A stretch of 64,000 bases of DNA from an uncultured bacterium (GCA_963732385.1 CAVSZB010000005.1:1-64000), one strand, 5' to 3'; counted from the stretch's first letter, positions 9,596 to 20,002 are shown. Made by a program: numbers and translations. Notes: generated by a model from the letters alone, not told the origin.

Positions 9596-10608
9596 CGCGC
9601 CACCTCCCGGCGCACACCGTCGGCCGCCAGGACCGCCGCGGCCAGCGCACGGGCCGCCAGCGGGGAGGTCGCCGGCGCCGGGGCGCGCACGAGGCGCGTC
9701 ACGCCGGCCTTCGCCGCGTCGCGCGCCAGCTCCACGTCCAGTTCGACCAGCGTCTCCACGTGGTCGGTAAGGAAGCTGATCGCCACGAGCAGGATCTCCC
9801 GCCGCCCGGCCGCCGCCAGCCGCGCCGACTCCTTCACCACGTTCGGTCCCAGCCACTTCACCGGGCCGACGCGGCTCTGGAAGGCGAGCCCGTGGTCCAG
9901 TTGCGGGAAGCGCGCGGCGATGGCCGCCACCGCAGCGCGCACCTCGCGCTCGTACGGATCGCCGCGTCGCACGTAGCTTTCCGGCAGGCCGTGGGCCGAG
10001 AACAGCAGGTACGGTTGCGCGCCGGGCGGGAAACCGTCCGCCAGGGCGCGACCGATGGCGTCCGCCCACATCTCCACGAGCAGCGGCGCGTCGTGCCAGG
10101 TGCGAACGACCGGGAAGTCCGCCAGCGTGCGCGGCACCGGGGGCTGCGCGCGGCACAGGGCCCGCGCGAGGGCGCGCAGCGAGGCGCCGGTGGTCGTTGC
10201 GGAGTACTGCGGGTACTCCGGCACCGCGGCGAAGCGGCGGGCGCCGCGCGCCACGAGGCGCGCCAGCGCCGCGTCGGCGTTCTGGCCGCAGTAGAGGAAG
10301 GCCGGCTCCGCCACGGCGTCCTCTCCCGCCTCGCGCAGCGCCGTCTCGACCCGCTGCGCCAGCGCCGTCACCTGCGGCACCGACGGCGAACCGCCCCCCA
10401 TCAGCGCGTAGCGCTCGCGGGCGGCGCGGGCGCGGGACAGGGAGATCAAAGCCGCCAGCGGCAGACGCACCGGCGCCGGCAGGCGGATCATGTCGGGGTC
10501 GGCGAAGAGGCGGTACAGGAAGGGGCGCACCTCGCGCTGGTCGCGCGGGCCTCCCATGTGCAGCAGCAGGACGCCCAGGGCGCCGTCGCGATCGTCGGGC
10601 GGGATCAT
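9592..10608 (-). CDS. hemH: Ferrochelatase
   Basis: LLLHMGGP, FLYRLFAD, GGGSP, YPQYSATT, FSAHGLP, GDPY, FQSRVGPVKWLGP, DHVETLVELD. Confidence 0.93.
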   Translation of the reverse strand: MIPPDDRDGALGVLLLHMGGPRDQREVRPFLYRLFADPDMIRLPAPVRLPLAALISLSRARAARERYALMGGGSPSVPQVTALAQRVETALREAGEDAVAEPAFLYCGQNADAALARLVARGARRFAAVPEYPQYSATTTGASLRALARALCRAQPPVPRTLADFPVVRTWHDAPLLVEMWADAIGRALADGFPPGAQPYLLFSAHGLPESYVRRGDPYEREVRAAVAAIAARFPQLDHGLAFQSRVGPVKWLGPNVVKESARLAAAGRREILLVAISFLTDHVETLVELDVELARDAAKAGVTRLVRAPAPATSPLAARALAAAVLAADGVRREVAR

Positions 10609-10634
10609 GACCTCCAGCTTCCTCAGGTCCGCGC

Positions 10635-12024
10635 TCAGACCGTGCGACTGAACCGCGGCGCGTCCCCGTCCGGGGCGGCGCGGCGGCGACGCAGCCAGGC
10701 GTCGAACGGCATGCAGACGTTGCGGATGAACAGGCGTCCGGTATCGGTCGCGCGCAGGGCGTCGTCTGTGATTTCGATCAGGCCGTCGGCGGCCAGCGGC
10801 GCGAGCTCGGCCAGCTCGACGGCGAACGTCGCGGCGAAATCGAGGCCGAAACGCGCCTCCACCTCGGCGAAGCGCAGCTCGAAGTTGCACATCAGGGTCG
10901 AGATGACGTGGGAACGCAGCTTGTCGTCGTCGTCGAGGATGATCCCCCTGACCGCCGGCAGGCGACCGGCGTCGAGCGTCCGGTAGTACTGCGCGAGATG
11001 CGACTCGTTCTGCGCGAAGCGGCCGGCCACGCCGGAGATGGCGGTGATGCCGAAGCCGATCAGGTCGTCGGCCGGCAACACGGTATAGCCCATGAAGTTG
11101 CGGTGCACGCGCCGTTCGCGCAGCGCCACGGCCAGCTCGTCGCCGGGGCGGGCGAAGTGGTCCATGCCGACCTGCTCGTAGCCGGCCGCGAGGAACAGGC
11201 TGCGCGCGTCGTGGAACAGCGTGAACTTCGTGCGCGGGTCGGGCAGGGACGCCTCGTCGAGCGCCGCCTGGTGCTTCTTCAGCCACGGCACGTGCGCGTA
11301 GCTGAAGAGCGCCACGCGGTCGGGCTGCATGGCGATGATCTTCGCCACCGTCACGCGGAAGTTGTCGGGACGCTGGTGCGGCAGGCCGTAGATGAGGTCG
11401 AGGTTCACGCCGGCGAAACCGGCCTCCCGGCAGGCGCCGTAGATGCGGCGGGTCAGCTCCTCCGGCTGGCGCCGGTTGACCGCCTGCAGGACCGTCCAAT
11501 CCAGGTCCTGCACGCCGAGACTGATGCGGTTGAAACCGAGCTCGCGCAGCAGCCGCACCTGGTCGGGCGAGGAGACCACGGGGTCGATCTCGAGGGCGAC
11601 CTCGGCGTCGGGCGCGAGGCTGAAACGCGCGCGCAGCATCGCCATCAGGCGGCGCAGGCGCGGCTCGTCGAGGTAGTTGGGCGTGCCGCCGCCCCAGTGC
11701 AACTGGGTGACGCGCCGACGCGGGCCGAGCCGGTCGGCGACCAGGTCGATCTCCCGCTCCAGCCGATCGAGATACGGGTCGGCGGTTGCGCGCCGTCGCG
11801 TGATGACCACGTTGCAGCCGCAGAAAGTGCACCGTTCCTCGCAGAACGGGACGTGCACGTAGAGCGCCAGCGGCCGGTCAGACAGCGGCGGCGGCGTCGG
11901 CCAGCGCGGCGGCATGGCCGGCGGAACCGAAATCGTCGCGCCACTCGGGGGCGGTCGGGTAGCTGGTGTAGCGCGGCCCGGGCCGGTCGTACTTCTGCAC
12001 CAGATCGAACAGGCGCTCGTCCAT
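10635..12024 (-). CDS. hemN: Oxygen-independent coproporphyrinogen III oxidase, apparent frameshift near 11885-11895
   Basis: N-terminus MDERLFDLVQKYDRPGPRYTSYPTAP from ATG 12024 lies in a different frame from YVHVPFCEERCTFCGC...GMDHFA...RNFMGY. Confidence 0.9.
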
Positions 12025-12035
12025 CGCGCCCTCCT

Positions 12036-13100
12036 CTATGTCCAGTGCCGCGACCGGAACCCGCGCGCAGCCTCGACGACGGCCGACACGGTCGCGGGCG
12101 GGGTGTCCGGCAGCACGCCGTGACCCAGGTTGAAGATGTGGCCGGGGGCGGCATCGCCCTCGACGAGGATTTCCCGCGCCCGCGCCACGGCCGTGTCGGC
12201 CGGACCGAGCAGCAGCACGGGGTCGAGGTTGCCCTGCACCGCGGTGCCGGGCGGCAAAAGCTCGCGCGCGACCGTGAGCGGCGAGCGCCAGTCGACCCCG
12301 GCCACCTCCATGCCAAGAGTGGCGAGATGCGGCAGCAGGTGCGCCCCGCCGGCGGCGAAGTAGATGCGAGGCACCCCCGCTTTGGCGAGCCGCTCGAGCA
12401 CCGTCCGCACGTGGGGCGCCACGCGCGCGGCCCAGGTGGGGCCGTCGAGCAGGCCGGCCCAGGTGTCGAACAGCTGCACCGCGTCGGCGCCCGCCTCGAC
12501 CTGCGCCAGCAGGTAGTCGGCCACGGTGTCGGCGAGGCGCCGCATCAGCGCGTCGTAGGTCTCGCGGTCGGCGTGCATCATGGTGCGCACGCGGGCGAAG
12601 CTGGCCGAGCCCTCGCCCTCGACCATGTAGCAGGCGAGCGTGAACGGCGCGCCGGCGAAGCCGATCAGCGCCTCGCCGTCGGGCAGACCGGCCCTGATCG
12701 CGCGGATGGCGGCCGGCACGTAGGCGAGGTCACGACCCGGATCGACGGGGCGCAGCCGCGCCAGGTCGTCGCGCGTGCGCACGGGGTCGGCGAAGCGCGG
12801 CCCCTCGCCGGCGCCGAAACTCAGTTTCAGCCCCATCGCCTCGGGCACGACGAGGATGTCGGAGAACAGGATCGCCGCGTCGAAGCCGAACCGCCGCAAC
12901 GGCTGGAAGGTGACCTCCGCCGCCAGATCCGGGGTCTTGCACAACGTGAGGAAATCCACCTTCGCCCGCACCTCGCGGTACTCCGGCAGGAAGCGCCCCG
13001 CCTGGCGCATGAACCAGACCGGCGGACGGTCACACGGCTGGCCGCGGCAGGCGCGCAGGAAACGGTCGCGCTTCGTGAGGTTCGGCAATGATTCGCTCAA
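12036..13100 (-). CDS. hemE: Uroporphyrinogen decarboxylase
   Basis: PVWFMRQAGR, AILFSDIL, IGFAGAPFTLACY, QGNLDP, HIFNLGHGVLP; TTG start overlapping the regulator stop. Confidence 0.95.
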   Translation of the reverse strand: MSESLPNLTKRDRFLRACRGQPCDRPPVWFMRQAGRFLPEYREVRAKVDFLTLCKTPDLAAEVTFQPLRRFGFDAAILFSDILVVPEAMGLKLSFGAGEGPRFADPVRTRDDLARLRPVDPGRDLAYVPAAIRAIRAGLPDGEALIGFAGAPFTLACYMVEGEGSASFARVRTMMHADRETYDALMRRLADTVADYLLAQVEAGADAVQLFDTWAGLLDGPTWAARVAPHVRTVLERLAKAGVPRIYFAAGGAHLLPHLATLGMEVAGVDWRSPLTVARELLPPGTAVQGNLDPVLLLGPADTAVARAREILVEGDAAPGHIFNLGHGVLPDTPPATVSAVVEAARGFRSRHWT

Positions 13101-13798
13101 TGGTCCTCCCCGGACTGCAGAACGTAACCGGCGCCGCGCACCGTCAACAGATGGACGGGACGATCGGGATCGGGCTCGACCGCCTTGCGCAGACGTACGA
13201 TGAAGTTGTCGATCGTTCGCGGCGTCGGGGTGGCGTCGTAGCCCCACACCGTGTCGAGGATCTGGTCGCGCGTGACCGCCTCCCCCCGCCGTTCGAGCAG
13301 GAGCCGCAGGATCATCGTCTCCTTCTCGGAGAGCCGGAAGGTCTCGCCGGCGCGGCGCACCTCGTGCGCCCGCAGATCCACCTCGGCCCCCCCCACCCGC
13401 GCCACCGGGGCCACCGGCAGCCGCGCGTACCAGGCGCGCCGGCGCAGCATGCCGCGCACCCGCGCCAGCAGTTCGGCCAGGTGGTACGGCTTCGCCAGAT
13501 AGTCGTCGCCGCCGATCTCCAGGCCCCGCACACGGCTGTCGGGATCGCCCAGGGCGGTGAGGAAGAGCACCGGCGTGGTGTCGTTGCGGACCCGCAGGCG
13601 CCGGCACACCTCGAAGCCATCGATGCCCGGCAGGCGCACGTCGAGCAGGACGAGATCCCAGCTCCCGCCGCGCAGCAACTCGAGCCCGTCCTCGCCGTCG
13701 GCGACCCAGGCGACCTCGTAACCCTCGTCGCGCAGGTTGTCCTGCACGATCTCGGCGATGTGCTCTTCGTCTTCGACGATCAGGATACGCCCCTTCAC
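13097..13798 (-). CDS. OmpR/PhoB-family response regulator
   Basis: ILIVEDE, LLDVRLP, DDYLAKP, winged helix (RTIDNFIVRLRK, TVRGAGY). Confidence 0.95.
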   Translation of the reverse strand: MKGRILIVEDEEHIAEIVQDNLRDEGYEVAWVADGEDGLELLRGGSWDLVLLDVRLPGIDGFEVCRRLRVRNDTTPVLFLTALGDPDSRVRGLEIGGDDYLAKPYHLAELLARVRGMLRRRAWYARLPVAPVARVGGAEVDLRAHEVRRAGETFRLSEKETMILRLLLERRGEAVTRDQILDTVWGYDATPTPRTIDNFIVRLRKAVEPDPDRPVHLLTVRGAGYVLQSGEDH

Positions 13799-14844
13799 GA
13801 CCGCGGCTCCTCTGCCCGCAGCGCGCCGTCCCCGCGGCGCGGCGCCGCCGGCAGCACGATTTCGAACCGCGCGCCCTGCCCCGGACCGCGGCTCGTCGCG
13901 GTGAGCGTGCCGCCATGCTCCATGACGATGCGGCGCGCGATCGCCAGGCCAAGTCCGGTGCCCGGCACGGTGCCGCGGCGCGCCGCCGTGCCGCGACCGA
14001 AGCGGGCGAAGATGACCCGCTGGTCGTCGTGCGTCAGGCCGGGGCCGGCGTCGGTCACGGCGAGGAACGCGCGGCGCCCCCCGCGGGCGCCGTGGGTCAC
14101 AGTGACCAGACCGCCCGCGGCGGCATACTTCAGCGCGTTATCGAGCAGCACGCCCACCGCCCTGGTCAGCTCGCCCGGCCGCCCCAGCACCTCCGACGGC
14201 CCTTCGGCGGTCACCTCGACCTCCATCCCCGCCGCCCGCAGGCGCGGTTCGAGGCCCGTCAGCGCCGTCGCCACCGCATCGGCCAGGGCACACGGCTCCG
14301 GCGGCGTCGGCGCCATCGACTCGAGACGCTGCACCTCGAGCAGCTCGTCCACCATGGCCGCGAGACGGTCCACGTCGCCGCTCATGCGCTGCAGGTAGCG
14401 CTCGCGTCGGTCGGGCGGCAGGTCGCGGGCGGTCATCGTCTCGATCGAGAGACGCAGCGCCTGCAACGGCGTGTTGAATTCGTGGCTCACCGCCTTGATC
14501 AATTCGTCCTGGCGACGCCAGAGCCGCCGTTCGCGCCGGTGGGCGAGGTGCAAAAGACCGGTGCCGACCGTGATGACGGCGAGAAAGAACGTTCCCTCCG
14601 CGATGAACATCCGCGTACGCTGCCGCGTGCGGGCGTGCAGCGCCTCCGCGCGCGCGGCGAGCCCGGCGCCGGCCGCCGGATCGCCGGACGCCGCAGCCCT
14701 GGCGACGAGCAGTTCGACCTGCAGCCGCTCCGCCTCACGCGTGCGATCGAGCTGATAGAGGAACCACCAGACGACCTGGCCATAGCAGACCAGGACCAGC
14801 AGCGCGAACAGGACAGCCGCGCGATGTCCCGCCGGGCGCCGCAC
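13795..14844 (-). CDS. Membrane sensor histidine kinase
   Basis: Two TMs; SHEFNTPL H-box, DNALKY, DAGPG, GTGLGL. Confidence 0.93.
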   Translation of the reverse strand: MRRPAGHRAAVLFALLVLVCYGQVVWWFLYQLDRTREAERLQVELLVARAAASGDPAAGAGLAARAEALHARTRQRTRMFIAEGTFFLAVITVGTGLLHLAHRRERRLWRRQDELIKAVSHEFNTPLQALRLSIETMTARDLPPDRRERYLQRMSGDVDRLAAMVDELLEVQRLESMAPTPPEPCALADAVATALTGLEPRLRAAGMEVEVTAEGPSEVLGRPGELTRAVGVLLDNALKYAAAGGLVTVTHGARGGRRAFLAVTDAGPGLTHDDQRVIFARFGRGTAARRGTVPGTGLGLAIARRIVMEHGGTLTATSRGPGQGARFEIVLPAAPRRGDGALRAEEPRS

Positions 14845-14850
14845 GGCCGC

Positions 14851-16149
14851 TCAGCCCGCGCGGCCGGCGGCCAGCGCCGCCGCCAGCGTGACACCGAGAC
14901 GATCCACGTCCGTATCGTTCATGGCGTGGCTCAGGAACGCCACCTCCCACCCGGACGGAGCAAGATAGACCCCCTCGGCCAACAGACGCGCGTGCAGCGG
15001 CGCATAGCGACGGATCGCGGCGCCATCGACCGCGGCGAAGGCGGCCGGCGCCCCGATCTGCGCCACCAGCCAGAAGATCGAACCGAGCCGCATGAAGGTC
15101 GCCCCGGCGGCGAAGGCGGCCGGCGCCACGATCGCTTCCAGCCGCGCGCCCAGTGCCTCCAGTCGCTCGTGCACCCGCTCCGCGACGAGAACGCGCAGCG
15201 TGGCCGCGCCGGCCGCCATCGCCGCCGGATTGCCCGACAGCGTGCCGGCCTGGTACACCGGCCCCAGCGGCGCCAGCTTCGCCATGATCTCACGCCGGCC
15301 GCCGAAGGCTCCCACCGGCAGTCCGCCGCCGATGATCTTGCCGTAGGTGGCCAGGTCGGGCCGGATCGCGTAGTGCGCCGCGGCCCCCCCCATGCCGACC
15401 CGGAAGCCGCTGATCACCTCGTCGAAAATCAGCAGGGCGCCGTGCCGCTCGGTCACGGCACGCAGGTGGCGCAGGTACTCCGGGCGCTGCAGCAGCAGCC
15501 CGCAGTTGGCCGGCACCGGCTCGATCAGCACCGCGGCGATGCGGTCGCCCTCGCGCGCGAACAGCTCGTCCACCGCCTGTTCGTCGTCGAGCGGCAGGAC
15601 CAGCGTGTCGGCCACGGCGCCGGCCGGCACCCCCGCCGACGAGGCGATGCCGAACGTCGCCAGGCCGCTGCCCGCCTCCACCAGCAGCGGATCGGCGTGG
15701 CCGTGATAGCAGCCGGTGAACTTGACGATCCGGTCCCGGCCGGTGAAGCCGCGCGCCAGGCGCACTGCCGCCATCACCGCCTCGGTGCCACTGCTGACGA
15801 AACGGATCATCTCGACCGCCGGACAGGCCGCCACTACCGCCTCGGCCAACTCGATCTCGCCGCGGTGCGGCGCGCCGTAGGTGAGGCCGTCGGCCATGGC
15901 GTTCTCCACGGCGGACAGCACCTCCGGATGGCCGTGGCCGAGGATCAGCGGCCCCCAGGAACCGCAACAGTCGAGATAGACGTTGCCGTCCTCGTCCTCG
16001 AGGTGCGCGCCGACGCCCCGCCGGATGTAGAGCGGGTCTCCGCCCACCGAGAGGAACGCCCGCACCGGCGAATTCACGCCGGCCGGCATCAATCCGCACG
16101 CCCGGCGATACAGTTCGCGCGACTTGTCGCGCACCGGCCCGTCGCTCAC
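14851..16149 (-). CDS. hemL: Glutamate-1-semialdehyde 2,1-aminomutase
   Basis: GVNSPVRAF, SGTEA, FDEVISGFR, GKIIGGGLPVGA, YQAGTLSGNP. Confidence 0.96.
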   Translation of the reverse strand: MSDGPVRDKSRELYRRACGLMPAGVNSPVRAFLSVGGDPLYIRRGVGAHLEDEDGNVYLDCCGSWGPLILGHGHPEVLSAVENAMADGLTYGAPHRGEIELAEAVVAACPAVEMIRFVSSGTEAVMAAVRLARGFTGRDRIVKFTGCYHGHADPLLVEAGSGLATFGIASSAGVPAGAVADTLVLPLDDEQAVDELFAREGDRIAAVLIEPVPANCGLLLQRPEYLRHLRAVTERHGALLIFDEVISGFRVGMGGAAAHYAIRPDLATYGKIIGGGLPVGAFGGRREIMAKLAPLGPVYQAGTLSGNPAAMAAGAATLRVLVAERVHERLEALGARLEAIVAPAAFAAGATFMRLGSIFWLVAQIGAPAAFAAVDGAAIRRYAPLHARLLAEGVYLAPSGWEVAFLSHAMNDTDVDRLGVTLAAALAAGRAG

Positions 16150-17180
16150 AGCCAGCCCTCCCGCAGGGCGTCTCGCCCGTGGTAAGTGATAATGATGTCC
16201 GCCCCGGCGCGCGCCATCCCCCAGAGATTCTCGCGCACGATCCGCGCCTCGTCCACCCAGCCGGCCCGCGCCGCCGCCTTCACCATGGAGAACTCGCCGC
16301 TGACGTTGTAGCACGCCACCGGCAGCCTGACCTGCTCGCGCACGCGGCGGATCACGTCGAGGTAGGCCAGCGCCGGCTTGACCATGACGATGTCGGCCCC
16401 CTCATCGACGTCGAGCAGCACCTCCCGCACCGCTTCGCGCGCGTTGCGCGGGTCCATCTGGTAGGAACGACGGTCGCCGAACGCCGGCGCGCTGTCGGCC
16501 GCCTCGCGGAACGGTCCGTAGTAGCCTGAGGCGTACTTGGCCGAGTACGACATGATCGGCGTGCCCGACAGTCCGTTCAGATCGAGCGTCTGGCGAATGG
16601 CGCCGACGCGCCCGTCCATCATGTCGGACGGCGCCACGATGTCGGCTCCGGCCGCCGCGTGCGCCAGCGCCATGCCGGCGATCAGCGTCAGACTCTCGTC
16701 GTTGAGGATCTCGCCATCGCGCACGACACCGCAATGGCCGTGGTCGGTGTAGGCGCAGACACAGACATCGGTGGTGACCAGCAGGTCGGCGCCGAACCGC
16801 TTCTTCAGCGCGCGCACCGCCTGCGGGATCACGCCGTCGGCGGCGACAGCGTCGTCGGCGTGGGGCGATTTCGTCTCCGGCAGCCCGAACAACAGCACGT
16901 GCCGCAGGCCGAGCTTCAGGTCGGCCGCGACGGTCTTCAGCAGCCGGTCCACGCTCTCGCGCGCGATGCCGGGCATCGACGGGATCTCTTCGTGGCGGTC
17001 CTTGCCCGGCAGGACGAAGTGCGGTTGCACGAGCATGTCGCGGTGCAGGCGGGTCTCGGCCACCACCTCGCGCAGGACCGCCCGGCCGCGCAGGCGGCGG
17101 GGGCGATCGATCATCAACAGGCCCTCTTCGCAATCGCACTCGTGGTCGGGTCCGTGCTCATGCTCGTGGTGGTGGCTCAT
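16146..17180 (-). CDS. hemB: Porphobilinogen synthase with His-rich N-terminal extension
   Basis: RPRRLR, DVCVCAYTDHGHCG, APSDMMDGR, MVKPALAYLD, YNVSGE. Confidence 0.96.
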   Translation of the reverse strand: MSHHHEHEHGPDHECDCEEGLLMIDRPRRLRGRAVLREVVAETRLHRDMLVQPHFVLPGKDRHEEIPSMPGIARESVDRLLKTVAADLKLGLRHVLLFGLPETKSPHADDAVAADGVIPQAVRALKKRFGADLLVTTDVCVCAYTDHGHCGVVRDGEILNDESLTLIAGMALAHAAAGADIVAPSDMMDGRVGAIRQTLDLNGLSGTPIMSYSAKYASGYYGPFREAADSAPAFGDRRSYQMDPRNAREAVREVLLDVDEGADIVMVKPALAYLDVIRRVREQVRLPVACYNVSGEFSMVKAAARAGWVDEARIVRENLWGMARAGADIIITYHGRDALREGWL

Positions 17181-17259
17181 CGCGTTTCCTCCTCGGCGGG
17201 TGCGCTACGGCGCGACGCCGCCACGGACCACGGTCCGGAAGGGCGCCGCGAGCGGAAAA

Positions 17260-18165
17260 TCAGGCGGTCAGTTCGCGGTGCGCCAGGCGCGCCGCCGTCG
17301 TGGGATCGGCGGCGCGCACTGCGCAGCGACGCACGGATCCGTCGGGCTGCCCGAGCGTGGCGGTCAGGATGATCTCGTCCCCCGCCAGCACCGCCCAGGC
17401 CCCCAGGGGGAGATTACAGCCTCCCTCGCAGGCGGCAAGCAGGAGACGCTCGGCCGCCACCGCGCGCGCGGTCGGCGCGTCGTGCAGCCGGGCCACGGCC
17501 GCGGCCACGGCGTCATCCTGCGGGCGCCGCGCCCCCTCCGCGCGGATCTGCACGGCCAGGGCCCCCTGGGCCGGCGCCGGCACGAATTCAGCGGGGGTGA
17601 AAACGTGCAGGCGCAGCGGCGCGGGATCCAGACCGAGGCGCACCAGCCCGGCGCGGGCGAGCAGGATGGCGTCGTAGCGCCCGTCGCACGCCTTGCGCAG
17701 CCGGGTCGGCACGTTGCCGCGCAGGTCCGCGATCTGCAGATCGGGGCGCAGGGCCAGCACCTGGCTGCTGCGCCGCAGCGAGCCGGTCCCGACGACGGCC
17801 TTCGCGCGCAGCGGCAGCGCCGGCGCCGCTTCGTCCCACGCCTCGGTGCGAACGAGCAGGCACTCCTCGACCGGTCCGCGTTCCGGCACCGCGGCCACGG
17901 TCAGGCCAGGTGGCGATTCGGTCGGCAGATCCTTGTGCGAATGCACCGCGAGATCGATCTCGCCGGCCAGCAGGGCCGCCTCGATCTCCTTCGTGAAGAA
18001 CCCCTTCCCATCGAGGCTGGCCAGCTGGACGTCCTGGATGAGGTCGCCGGAGGTCTGGATGATGCGGATCTCCGCGGCGAGGCCGGCGCGCGCGGCCAGC
18101 AGGCCCTGGACATGCTTCGCCTGCCACAGCGCCAGGTCGCTGCCACGGCTGCCGATGACGATCAT
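17260..18165 (-). CDS. hemC: Hydroxymethylbilane synthase
   Basis: GSRGSDLALWQA, KGFFTKEIE, VHSHKDLP, LRGNVPTRL, PAQGAL, EGGC. Confidence 0.96.
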   Translation of the reverse strand: MIVIGSRGSDLALWQAKHVQGLLAARAGLAAEIRIIQTSGDLIQDVQLASLDGKGFFTKEIEAALLAGEIDLAVHSHKDLPTESPPGLTVAAVPERGPVEECLLVRTEAWDEAAPALPLRAKAVVGTGSLRRSSQVLALRPDLQIADLRGNVPTRLRKACDGRYDAILLARAGLVRLGLDPAPLRLHVFTPAEFVPAPAQGALAVQIRAEGARRPQDDAVAAAVARLHDAPTARAVAAERLLLAACEGGCNLPLGAWAVLAGDEIILTATLGQPDGSVRRCAVRAADPTTAARLAHRELTA

Positions 18166-19589
18166 GAAAGGCGTCCGTCCCTTCCCCGCGTCTCGCGCGG
18201 AGGGTGGCCGGCCGCGACCAGTGCCGGATGGCCGGCCGGCGGTCCGCCGGGGTGGCCGCCGGGATGGCCGTTGGTGCCGGCGGCGTCGGCGGCAAAGGTC
18301 TCGCCGAGCGCCTGGATCCCGCCCAGGCAGCAGAGCGCGCCCTGTTCCGCCTTGCAGCCTGAGGCCATCTCCTTCAGCCCGGCGATCAGCATGTGGGCGT
18401 TGCGCCGGACGATCTGGTTGATGCGCTTCTCCACCTGCCGCCGGTCCTCGGGGCTGAGGTTGCGCAGCGGACCCTCGAAAAGGGTGTCCATCTCCTGGCG
18501 GTTCTGGTCCAGGAAATTCTCGCGGTACTCCAGCAGCACCGGCAGCACCGAGCGCTCCACCAGCTCGTTGCGCAGCTCCTTGATGTGCTCGGAGATGATC
18601 GGCAGCGCCTTGCGGCGCTCCTCGAGGCGGGTCTGGCGATTCTGCTCCGTCTGACGACGCAGGTCGTCGATCGTGATCACCTCGACGCCGTCGGCCGTGG
18701 CGGCGTCGGGCGCAGTGTCGCGCGGCACCGCCAGATCGGCCACCAGCAACCGTCCTCCGGGGCGACGCACGGCGACCAGCCGGGCGGCGTCGAAGAGGGC
18801 CGTGGGCGCGCTCGTGGCGGTGACCAGCACATCGCAACCGTCGGGCGCGGCCAGGAAGTCGGCCAGCGCGACGGCGCGGCCGCCCCAGGTTGCAGCCAGC
18901 GCCTCGGCCCGGGACACCGTGCGGTTGATCCAGAGGAACCGCAGTCCCGGCAGGTCGCGCACGGCCTGCGCCACCTTCTCCCCCATCGGACCGGAGCCGA
19001 CAATGCCGACCACCGGCGCGGCGGCGCCGGCCAGGTGCGCCGAGATCTTCGCCTGCATCAGGCCGGCCATCGAGACCCGCCCCTCGGCGATGCCGGTCCC
19101 GGTGCGCACCTCCTTGGCGGTGTGGAGCGTCCAGTTGAAGAGGCGGCTCAGATCGGCGCGCGCGAGGCCGAGCGCGAAGCACTGCTCGTAGGCGGCCTTC
19201 ACCTGCGCGATGATCTGGCTCTCGCCCAGGACCAGGGAGTCGAGGCTGGCGGCCACCTCGGCGAGGTGCCAGACCGCCTGTTCCCCCTGGCGGAAGTAGA
19301 AGCTGGGCCGCGGCGCGTGGCTGACCTCCCTGCCGCCGTGCGCGCGGTTCTCCCGTTCGAAGAATTCGAAGAAGCGCGACAACTGCTCCTTCGGACTGCG
19401 CCCCCCGCGGCTCGTGAAAACCACTTCGACGCGATTACAGGTGCCCAGGTAGACCATCTCGGCGAATCCGCACCAGTCCCTCAGACGGGGCAGCGTCTCT
19501 TCGATACGGTCGGCCGGCACGGTGTAGTAGCCGAGATCCGCAGTCCCGCCATTGTGTATGGAGGTGCCGAACAGCCCAAACCGTTCCAC
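18162..19589 (-). CDS. hemA: Glutamyl-tRNA reductase with Cys/GHP-rich C-terminal tail
   Basis: TCNRVE, SLDSLVLGESQI, GSGPMG, NRT, DLAVPRD. Confidence 0.93.
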   Translation of the reverse strand: MERFGLFGTSIHNGGTADLGYYTVPADRIEETLPRLRDWCGFAEMVYLGTCNRVEVVFTSRGGRSPKEQLSRFFEFFERENRAHGGREVSHAPRPSFYFRQGEQAVWHLAEVAASLDSLVLGESQIIAQVKAAYEQCFALGLARADLSRLFNWTLHTAKEVRTGTGIAEGRVSMAGLMQAKISAHLAGAAAPVVGIVGSGPMGEKVAQAVRDLPGLRFLWINRTVSRAEALAATWGGRAVALADFLAAPDGCDVLVTATSAPTALFDAARLVAVRRPGGRLLVADLAVPRDTAPDAATADGVEVITIDDLRRQTEQNRQTRLEERRKALPIISEHIKELRNELVERSVLPVLLEYRENFLDQNRQEMDTLFEGPLRNLSPEDRRQVEKRINQIVRRNAHMLIAGLKEMASGCKAEQGALCCLGGIQALGETFAADAAGTNGHPGGHPGGPPAGHPALVAAGHPPRETRGRDGRLS

Positions 19590-19714
19590 GCGTCACTCCT
19601 CAGGTTCGCGGCGCTGCAGCCGGTGGCGGGCCCCTCCGGACACCGCCTCGCTGTGGCCCGGCCAATTCCCCACCAAGTCACAGGGAATATTGTCGCCGAA
19701 GGGCCCCCATGGTG

Positions 19715-19731
19715 TGTCACGGTATTGTCAC
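19715..19731. promoter_or_regulatory. OmpR/PhoB-type direct-repeat box upstream of hem operon
   Basis: TGTCAC-N5-TGTCAC (11-bp period), ~125 bp upstream of hemA. Confidence 0.45.
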
Positions 19732-20002
19732 AAAACAACTTATGCGTTCACGGACCGTTTCGACAAACACGCTCCGGAAAGCCGCGCTGTCAAGCGGCGT
19801 GCCCGGCGTTCGTGTCCGCTGGCACATCCTTTGCGATCGAGCTTCTCCCGGAACCGGTGGCTTCCGCCTCTCTGGCGCTTCAAGCCGTTGCAATTGCATC
19901 GCGTGACAGGTTGTGGCGCCCGGCGGGCCAGGGGCAGGAACGGACCATTCGACGGTCGAAATCGCCCCGGTTGGCGGGAACCTGGACAGTCGGGGTGGGT
20001 GG

